A stretch of DNA of 63,948 nt, counting the filler, from Welwitschia mirabilis (Eukaryota): NCBI GenBank assembly GCA_051453625.1. It is 7 parts of one record of this genome, joined end to end, with 100 filler letters (N's around TTAATTAATTAA, not from the genome) between each part and the next. Parts side by side here need not be neighbours in the genome. Positions count along the whole stretch, not along the records: positions 39,854 to 55,255 come from JBOZIK010000001.1; positions 55,356 to 59,392 come from JBOZIK010000001.1; positions 59,493 to 60,523 come from JBOZIK010000001.1; positions 60,624 to 63,948 come from JBOZIK010000001.1; 3 more parts are not named here. The stretch is one strand, 5' to 3'. Shown piece by piece: positions 54,380 through 63,948 of the stretch. The translations under genes were made by a program, and so were the position numbers. The notes beneath the pieces were generated by a model. It was not told the DNA's origin, ran no database searches, and was given only the letters and a program-made list of their open reading frames with translations. The first letter of the stretch is position 1. Each line of letters starts with the position of its first letter.

Positions 54380-56810
54380 ATAGTCTTTCATCAGAATCTC
54401 ATAGATACATGGATCATTCATGTACCTATACAAGCTCATCCTCTCAATTCAATAATGAATCTAACTTTATTGAGAATGTTGGCATTACATTGCTATCACC
54501 TCCTATGTTTTATTTGTATTTTTGAACTTGTGTGCAACGTCTTCCCATAAAAATGTTCTCTAACCTATGCCATCACTTGACCCTTATTTTTTCTACTTTG
54601 AACCCAACAGTCATAATTCTTTTGAGTCTTTATTTTAACATACCATTAAAGAAAGTCTTAATAGTTAAAACATGAATTGGTGAAATCATTTCATAGGAGA
54701 ACAAGTGTTAACCAAAGATGTTATTCAATCATTCCCTTAAGCCTCTTTAATTATTCACGTCATTCAATCATTCCCTTAAGCCTCTCTAATCATCCATGAC
54801 ATTTTCCAATAATCCCATTAAGCTAGTAAATCATCCACCCTCACATTGACTTATGAGTTTATGAGACTTACAAACCTAGGTTAATGGCCTTTAATAAAAA
54901 TCCATAATAAGCAATTTTGCNNNNNNNNNNNNNNNNNNNNNNNNNNNNNNNNNNNNNNNNNNNNNNNNNNNNNNNNNNNNNNNNNNNNNNNNNNNNNNNN
55001 NNNNNNNNNNNNNNNNNNNNATTCCCTTAAGCCTCTCTAATCATCCATGCCATTTTCCAATAATCCCATTAAGATATTAAATCATCCACCCTCCCATTGA
55101 CTTATGAGTTTATGAGACTTACAAACCTAGGTTAATGACCTTTAATAAAAATCCATAATAAGCAATTTTGCTATCATTTTAAGTAATGGTTATGATTAAG
55201 TGCACTTATGGGTTTTTGGGAAAAGTTACACCCACTTTAAGTATGATTATTAAAGNNNNNNNNNNNNNNNNNNNNNNNNNNNNNNNNNNNNNNNNNNNNT
55301 TAATTAATTAANNNNNNNNNNNNNNNNNNNNNNNNNNNNNNNNNNNNNNNNNNNNCATTCTAGGGTGTCAATCCTAGATTCAAAAGCAATGGATTCGTCT
55401 TAGGTAGGCGTAACATCTTGGGTGGCACATGATTGTGGAAGAAGCCTTCCTTAGCTGTAGTGCGGTTTACAACTATGGACATTGACCTTCCAAAACAAGA
55501 GAAGTTAGCCCTGTTTCTCATTACTATTTGACATGAAGTCTTGTACCTCCTGAACTCAAGTGAAGGGCAACTGCATCAACGGTTTCTAGTTCCTGGGCAT
55601 CTGTGTTGTTTTGTTTATTATTTATGAACATTGTATCATCTTAATTCTTTTAATGATAAGAGTTACAACATCATCTTTGGCCAGAAGGTTGGCAATTTGA
55701 TTAATGGCAATTTTACACAATCCCTGGACAAAGGCAACCACTAAACTCAGACATTTTTATCCTATATATCCTATCTTTCATATAAAAGTAACTGATCTCT
55801 TTTTAATATTCACCTTCCACATAAATAAAATAAGATTTTGTTTTGGTTGGCAACAGAATGTCATATATTGATTGGTGAAAAACTTACTTGTGATGGCCAG
55901 GATCATTCCAAAGTGGAAGAATAAAATTCATCATTTGCAAACCAGCTAACTTGTTTTTAACTTTTTATTCAGAGCATGAATCAAATCACCTGAATTACAA
56001 TTTGAATTCCTAGTCAATTTTTGCTTCTATGCTCAGTTCCCATTCTTTCTTTCTGAACTGTGGGAATAGTTTTAATAGTTAAATTGCATTCCATTGTAAT
56101 CAAACCTCCTCAGGTTCCCAGCAGAGAATAGACTATTGTTCACATTATTGATCTTTTAAGCTTATTCCTTATCAAAGAACTCCATTCATTTTGAGTTATT
56201 ACACAGAATGGAAAGTTATTTCTTTAACTTGTAAAATTGTGCGCACAATATTTGCTTGGTCAACAGGATCCCCAAAAATAATTTATTTTTGACATGTCAT
56301 TTGGACTTAATTGCATTGATATTTTATCAATCTTGAGATGCTAAGTTGTAACCTTTTCATTAGATATGTTTACATACCATACTGCTATCCTTAGCTGAAA
56401 TGCTTGTTTCTAGGTTGTGAGAAACACCATTTATTATTTTTGTTTGTTTTTTTAAATTCCTGTTAAGTTTTACAATGTCACCATCATCATCGTTCTAGCT
56501 GTTTATTCCATCTACAAGGAATTGTTGTGTGATTCCTATTTTTCTATTTTGTAATTTAAAACTATATTTTTCCCCTGGTTGTTATGCTGGTTTTATGTGG
56601 ATAAGATGTTTGCATTTACTGTTTTGATATTTTGTTAATTCTTTCATTGTGCGTTTTCATCTTCTAGACTTTATGGATGTGCGCTATTGAGAGATTTCCC
56701 CCTCAATAATGTTCATAATTTTAGAGTCCTCGTCTTGCAAAGCTTGCCTTAAACATGGATGGTTTCTGTTCATATTACATTGCTAACCATTCAATTTTAT
56801 TTCATTATAG

Positions 56811-56982
56811 GTCCAGTCATTACGAAAAGAAATTGCATCAGGTCTTATTCCCCTAGAAGAAACATTTATTGCATTAAACCGACTACTTGGATCTAAAGGA
56901 AAGATTCTTAGAGGAGAAGAGGTTCTTGGAGCTATGGAGGATTTGAATTTGGACATTTCCAAAGCTTGGCTTGTTCTTATTG
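56811..56982 (+). CDS. PTAC3: Plastid transcriptionally active 3 (pTAC3), internal exon
   Basis: AG|VQSLRKEIASGLIPLEETFIALNRLLGSKGKILRGEEVLGAMEDLNLDISKAWLVLI|GT; open frame, phase-1 end. Confidence 0.9.
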
Positions 56983-57137
56983 GTACAGAAACTATATTAC
57001 TTGTCCAGCTATTTTGTTAAATCTTATAGTGGTTGAAGCACATGTGGAGTTTCATGTTTATCCTTTCGTGATTTTTTCCCTTCTGAAATGTTCTTTTAAA
57101 CATAAATAGAATGTGAATTTTTGTTCTTTCAATGCAG

Positions 57138-57355
57138 AACAACTTTTTAAAAACGGTTACCACAAACAAGCAAATGAGGTTTTTTTAAAGGGGGCAAAAG
57201 GAGGACTAAGAGCCCCTGATAAGATTTATGACCTACTGATTGAAGAAAATTGCAAACTTGGAGATCATTCCAATGCCATTGAAATTGCTGAAAATATGGA
57301 GTTTTATGGGAGAATGGCCACTACTTTTCATTATAATTGTCTGCTCAGTGTGCAG
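57138..57355 (+). CDS. PTAC3: pTAC3, next exon
   Basis: AG|...ANEVFLKGAKGGLRA-DKIYDLLIEENCK-GDHSNA...GRMATTFHYNCLLSVQ|GT; splices in frame across a 155-nt GT-AG intron. Confidence 0.93.
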
Positions 57356-58230
57356 GTACAATCATGCAATTATTAATATATGTTTAATTTTATTTTAGTC
57401 ATTCCATTCAGTTTGCTTCAATTCAAATTATAATAATCTAGCAGATCTTGATAATGCTATTAACTTAATAATGCTAGCCACCTACTTGACCCTAGATCCA
57501 TAATGTATGATCAGAGTACAACTATCATTAGTAGTAGCAAGTTGATTGTGTTATTTTTCTCCTATTGCTATGAGATAAACTGAGTTTTGAATGTTTGCTA
57601 AGGAACTTTCTTTTATTCAAATTGTACCTGCTTTCATGTGACCCTTAAAAATTGAAGAACTTGTATTAAATATCTTTGTTTATTAGTTTGACTTGTTTCA
57701 TGTCCTGATTTCAAGGATTCTTTTAGCTTATTTTATGGTCCAGTTTTGCGGCATTCTTCCTATTGCCTTTGGTCCTGTACTTGTTGGCCAAATTCCTCAA
57801 CCTTTCTTTTACATTAACATGATTTTATACTGCATTATCCTTGGTGTCTTAAAATACATCTTGTATGTTTGTGTAGCATTTTATTTTGTTGTCATTAGGG
57901 CATTTGAAGCATAGTTCTTGATATTGTTGTCATGTGTTCTGCTTGATGACCTTTTAACCATGATTTCCTTAGATTAGGGTGCGAGAGTTGTATGGAAAAT
58001 ATTATGTTGTGCACAATGATATCTTTTTATTGGTGATCTAAAATTTCACCTTGTCCTATTTTACATAGAATTCCTTTTAAAATAATGACATAACATATTT
58101 AACAAGTCTGAACTTTTATGTCAAAACATAAAATGTAAGAGAACATAGGTGCAGTTTGGTTTGCAAGTTTTAACTTTAGAAGGTAAATGTTTAATATGTT
58201 TTTAAGAAAAGATTGTTTTATTTCATAGTG

Positions 58231-59392
58231 TATTAAGTTTGGTTTCATCATTAATGTTGACTAATTGCCGTGTCTTTATAGCAGTTTTAAAGGTTCCAAT
58301 GATGCCAAAAGCATTGTCAGTTGGTCTCCTTGTATTTCTTGGGTGACTATGGATTAGTGTGGGTGACTATGGAATCCAAGTTTAATTAAGTCAAAAGCTA
58401 GGTGCAAATTATGGGGACATCCCAGTTTTTTTGTGGGATGTTTGAGATTTTTTAGGCATAGAAACAGGCTGAATGGGACCTCGGATGTCCCCTATTTTTG
58501 GTGGGAGATCCCAAATTTTTTTGGGGACTTCCTAGACTTTTTTTGGGACATCCTAGACTTGGGACATACCAGATTTTTGGTGGGACGTTCGAAATATGCA
58601 AGCAGAAAACGAAGATAGGGCTAGGATGTCCGGATTTTTAAGTGGGACTTCCCTGATTTTATGGAAGATTACCGAAGCATAGTTGGGACGTCCAAGATTG
58701 ATTTGTGGGACGTTCGAGGCATGGAACAGAGTGAACGTTGGGCAGAAATCAAAGTCAAATCAGAAAGGAATAAAGGCTTATCTAATCTTAACGGTCACTA
58801 GACATGCATAGGCATCTCAAAGGTTGAGAATGACTACCTTCTACCTCTGTCTTCAACAGTTATGTTCGTGCCCTCATATAAAATGTGGTGATTGGAACCA
58901 TATTGAGGCAAAACTAACCTGTGTATAATCTATATGTAAAACAAAGCTTCTCCTTCTTTATCTTTGATTCTACATTGGCATCTCGAAGGTTGAGAATGAC
59001 TACCTCCTACCTCTGTCTTCAATAGTTATGTTCGTGCCCTCATATAACATGTGGTGATTTGAATCATATTGAGGCAAAACTGACCTGTGTATAATCTATA
59101 TGTAAAAGAAAGTTTTTCCTTCTCTATCTTTGATCCTGCATTGTATCATCTCATTGAGAGATTGTTGTACTACATGTTGGAGTATTATGCATGAAAGGCA
59201 TGGAAATCATTAGGACTTCTATTTGATTGATCCTTTGTGAGTGCTCATTGCATTGAGCAAGCTAACCCTCGAAGAAAAGGGTGTTGTAACGTGACCCTTC
59301 GTAAAGGGTGGTGTAAGTGACCCTTGGAGAAGGGTGTTCTAAGGAAGCCATGAGGCCAAGAGCATGTTGCTACCCCCTAAGAGTGGAGTAGG
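58231..59392 (+). mobile_element. Sirevirus-like LTR downstream of the pTAC3 exons, truncated by a gap
   Basis: GGGAC(A/G)TCC motif cluster at 58413-58715; AGAGTGGAGTAGG motif shared with the other LTRs; start approximate. Confidence 0.65.
58811..59142 (+). repeat. 166-bp tandem duplication within the LTR
   Basis: GGCATCTC-AAGGTTGAGAATGACTACC...CATT occurs at 58811-58976 and 58977-59142. Confidence 0.9.
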
Positions 59393-59492
59393 NNNNNNNN
59401 NNNNNNNNNNNNNNNNNNNNNNNNNNNNNNNNNNNNTTAATTAATTAANNNNNNNNNNNNNNNNNNNNNNNNNNNNNNNNNNNNNNNNNNNN

Positions 59493-60523
59493 AATGAGAA
59501 GTATACAAATGGATCCATCAAAAATTCAAGTCATAACCAATCTTCCACCCCCTTATAACATAAAATAACTTAGATCATTTTTGGGACATTATGGATTTTA
59601 TCATAGATTCATTGAAGGATATGCAATAATTTATAAGCCACTTCATCAACTTTTAGAAAAGGATGTTAAATATGAACGGAGTGATAAATGTCAATAAGCT
59701 TTTGAGAATCTTAAAATTGCCATTACTAATGAATCCATAGTGAGTGAACTTTAGAATAAGGACTTTAAGTTAATGTGTGACACTAGTAATCTTACTGTAG
59801 ATGGGGTGTTAGGATAAAAACATAAGAAAGAAATGAAAGTCATTAGCTACATTAGTAGAACCCTTTCTGGTGCTTAATGCAACTACACCACTACTAAAAA
59901 GGAGATGCTAGCAATTATCTTTTTTCTAGATAAATTTTGACATTACCTCCTTGGTTTTCACACATATGTTTACATAGATCATGCAGCCATTAGATATTTA
60001 ATGATAAAGAAAGATTCTAGTGCACAGTTGATTCAATGGATACTTTTGTTATAAGAATTCAATTTAACGATAGTAGACAAGACAAAAAAAATAAAATGTA
60101 GTAGCTAATCATCTCTCTAGACTTCCTTATGATGCTTCTCCTAATTCTATTCAACCTATTTATGATGACTTTCAAGACGAACAACTTTTTATGATTGAAT
60201 AATTTTATGAAGTATCTTTAAAATGACCTGCTTCTTGATACATTGATATCGTAAATTATCTTGTCACATCTCAAACACCTTCTTATTGGAATATAAACCA
60301 ATGAAAATCTTTCCTTCATAGGATAAGTGATTATGAATGGATTAAACCTCATCTATATAGGTGATGCAAAGATCAAATCATGTACAAATGTATTTCGAAT
60401 GGGAGCAAAAAGATGTTCTTCTTCTTTGTCATGGCAAAATTTTTGAAGATCATTTTAGTGGCCAAAAGACTACTATGAAAATCTTACATTCATGATTCTA
60501 TTAGCCCTCTATATTCAAAGATG
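59493..60523 (+). pseudogene. Athila-like gypsy RT end, RNase H and integrase zinc-finger start
   Basis: DPSKIQVI, LRSFLGHYGFYHRFI, LMCDTS, NYTTTKKEMLA, DHAAIRYL, WILLL-EF, HFSGQKT. Confidence 0.92.
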
Positions 60524-63185
60524 NNNNNNNNNNNNNNNNNNNNNNNNNNNNNNNNNNNNNNNNNNNNTTAATTAATTAANNNNNNNNNNNNNNNNNNNNN
60601 NNNNNNNNNNNNNNNNNNNNNNNACTTCTGAATTTATTATCTTTAAGCATTTTGTTATGTATATTTTTTACATTAATTAGTCTAGCAATTATCCTATGTA
60701 GGTCTTATTAAGTTGGCACCTAGAATACAAAGGACCAACTTTTTTCATATCCTTTAAATCCATTTCTTTCATAATTTCATAGTTAAGTGAAAAATTCTTA
60801 AAATCAAATTGCATTCTCTTAAAATTCTTGTTGGGTTTAATTCTTTAGCTAAGTCAAGTTATCTATCATGGACTCTATGCATTCTATCCTTCAACTACTG
60901 GCCTTGGAAAGCATTCTAAACATGCTAAGGTTCAAATTTATGCATTTCAAAATTGTAATGTCTAGTTTATATCTTTATCAACTCATGACCCATTTTTACC
61001 TCAAATTTCTATTGTACCTAACATTGGTTAAGCTTTTCTAATATTCATATGACTGCCCCACCTGAAATTCTGAACCTATCTTTTGAATTTTGCATTAAAA
61101 GAAGCTGTCATTTTAACTATCATTTTCACGACCATGACCAAGACATCTGTAATTCCCTATGTTATCCCCATAACACCTGAGATGACATTAAAACTTAATA
61201 TATGACAAATTGATTACATAATTCATGATCCTAACCCTCCTCTCAGCTATAAAACATGATGTCACTTTAATTCGGATGAGTATAACCTTGAGAAAATCAC
61301 TAAAATATAAAAATTTTTTTGGACATTCTCGTTAGACCCCTTTAGATGCTATCTTTAGCTAATTGGAAAAATTGAGTCTTGTCATTAGATTCTTTATAGA
61401 TCACTAATTCAGGATCCATGATTTATTTTCAATTTTGAGCCTAATTTAATAAAAATTTTAAAGCCTATCTTCATCATATAGGCATTTCCACAATTTCTGA
61501 TCACAATATCATATTTCATAGAGATTAAATTAATGATAGAAATGCCCTCTATGCTTAAGGTATATCATTAAAATCTAGGCTCAATTTGAATTAGAAAAAA
61601 CTATCATTTTGTATGTCGTTTCAAAAATAGTGGGGACGATAATTGTGCATTTTCCACTTGGCTGGTTTATATGGTCATGTCCTTTATCATTGGCACAGTA
61701 GTCCAAGTGATACATATGTCGTGTAAATGTCATGCCTATGACACTAGGGATGGCAATGTGCTAGTTTTCCTATAAAATCCCTTTTCTCCCTCATTTTCAT
61801 ACCAAATCTTATTCCATTTTTATCCTCTGACTTCTCTCAGGTGCCTCACTCATCTTTTATCTTTAGAGCTATTAATTTCAAGTAATTCAATCATATTTCA
61901 TTAAAATGAGATAATTATTCACTTTTCCTATGGTCTAAATTTTTGAATTTTGTTCTTTTCACTCATTGTAAGCCATATCAGATGATTTCTCTTCAAACCC
62001 ATCTATATTTTTGGCCGATCTACGCTTAGAAACTTATAGAATCGAATTTGGTTAATTAAATTCAAATTTATGAGTATTTTCTCCTAAAATTTTAAGTTTT
62101 TNNNNNNNNNNNNNNNNNNNNNNNNNNNNNNNNNNNNNNNNNNNNNNNNNNNNNNNNNNNNNNNNNNNNNNNNNNNNNNNNNNNNNNNNNNNNNNNNNNN
62201 NATTTTCTTAGACATCCTTGTTAGACCCCTTCAGATGCAATTTTTAGATAATTGGAAAAATTGAGTCTTGTTATTAAATTCTTCATAGATCACTAATTCA
62301 GGATCCATGATTTATGTTCAATTTTGAGCCTAATTTAATAAAAATTTTAAAGTTTATCTTCATCATATAGGTATTTCCACAATTTCTAATTACAATATCA
62401 TATTTCATAGAGATTAAATTAATGATTGAAATGCCCTCTATGCTTAAGGTATATCATTAAAATATAGGCTCAATTTAAATTAGAAAATACTATCATTTTG
62501 TATGTCGTCCCAATAATATTGGGGACGACGATTGTGCATTTTCCACTTGGCTGGTTTGTATGGTTACATCCTTTGTTATTGGCACAATAGTCTAAGTGAT
62601 ACATATGTCATGTAAATGTCATTCCTATGACACCGGGGATGACAGCATGCTAGTTTTCCTATAAATTCCCTTTTCTCCCTCATTTTCATACCAAATCTTA
62701 TGCCATTTTTATCCTCTGACTTCTCTCAAGTGCCTCACTCATCTTTTAGCTTTGGAGCTATCAATTTCAAGTAATTCAATCGTATTTCATTAAAATGAGG
62801 TAATTATTCACTTTTCCTATGGTCTAAATTTTTGAATTTTGCTCATTTCACTCATTGTGAGTCATATCAGATGATTTCTCTTCAAACCCACCTATATTTT
62901 TGACCGATCTATGCATAAAAACTTATAGAATCGAATTTGGTTAATTAAATTCAAAGTTATGAGTATTTTCTCTTAAAATTTTAAGTTTTTTACTTTTTGG
63001 ATTTTTTTCACTCATTATGCACTCAATTCATAGTAGTTTTTACCATGTTAGATATCAAATCGATCCTTGTATTGTTAGCTTTGCTTTAGTTCTTATGGGA
63101 GAACATTTGGTTGTCTATAAGCAAAGTTATGAATTTTTTCTCCATTTTCTCTTAAATGGCACATATTTATTTTTGTGAATTTTCA

Positions 63186-63948
63186 TGCAGTAACATAGGT
63201 GCATTCTCTTCTTGAACCCGTACATGCTCTAGCACTACCCAGGTAGCAGAACAATAGGAACAAGAGGCTTTTATCTAGGAGTGAAGGCATAGCCTTACTT
63301 CTACCATTTACCAGAGGGAGATGCATTTTGGTGATTACATTCAGAGATTTGAGCCTGACTTAGACCATGCACTGGAGGAGCTTGGTATTTAAGAATGGTT
63401 ATTACATATTCATGGCTCTCACTATGAGATGGAGATTATTCAGTTCTATTAAACCTTTAAGATTATCTCAGCCATCAGGGAGGACGACTCACGTTGTGAC
63501 CAGCTTAGAGCCACTGTAGGAGGATGATGCATATATATTAATCCACAACATATTGCAGCCATTATAGGGCTTTCTATAGATGGGGAGAGGATTAATCTTG
63601 GTGGGGGAAAGTTAAAGAAATAAACTTATGTCATCCAGCTAGATTTACCATATTATGCAGGTGATGATCGGTAAAGAGTCACTATGACATATCTACCTTC
63701 TTATTACCACATCCTTCATTAAGCCATGATCTATAACATAACTCCTATTTGTCATGACTCGCATGTTATGATTGCCCATATTTAGATTCTATCCCATATT
63801 CATCTAATAGGGAGGATGGATTTAGCTACATTCATCTAGTACCAATTGAGATGGATGAGCACCTAGCGTCGATTTTTTATCATTGCTTATCCTTGTCTAC
63901 TAAGTTCTCTCTTCTGACAATTTGAGATCTACATTCTATCATATACTC
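63186..63948 (+). pseudogene. Athila-type ORF2 (env-like / plant transposon protein) remnant
   Basis: HYEMEIIQFY-TF...RATVGG-CIYINPQHIAAIIGL...YNITP...MDLATFI...IAYPCLLS. Confidence 0.6.

Overview
This is very AT-rich, gapped land-plant nuclear DNA made mostly of nested, decayed retrotransposons: Sirevirus-like copia, Athila-like and Tekay-like gypsy, one 5'-truncated LINE with a target-site duplication (TSD), one hAT-type MITE and SINE-like relics. The only apparently intact host gene sequence is two exons of pTAC3 (56811-57355, +). A receptor-kinase pseudogene lies at about 11.1-11.6 kb. The main find is on the minus strand at 40911-54390. A short LTR (about 190 bp, ends TGAAAGA...TCTTTCA) with a tRNA-iMet primer-binding site (PBS) is followed not by gag/pol but by a chimera of captured genes: HMG-CoA reductase exon3/intron3/exon4 remnant, HMGR 5'UTR plus exon 1, the 3' part of a PRISE/VEP1 reductase, a 3'UTR, A9 and a polypurine-tract (PPT)-like run. 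That LTR was later split by a full-length 11.5-kb Athila-like element. A second find is a Sirevirus-like family encoding Gag, protease and ORF2 but no integrase/RT/RNase H, which shares LTR termini with an element that has RT-RNase H but no ORF2. All calls come from manual reading; no searches were run.
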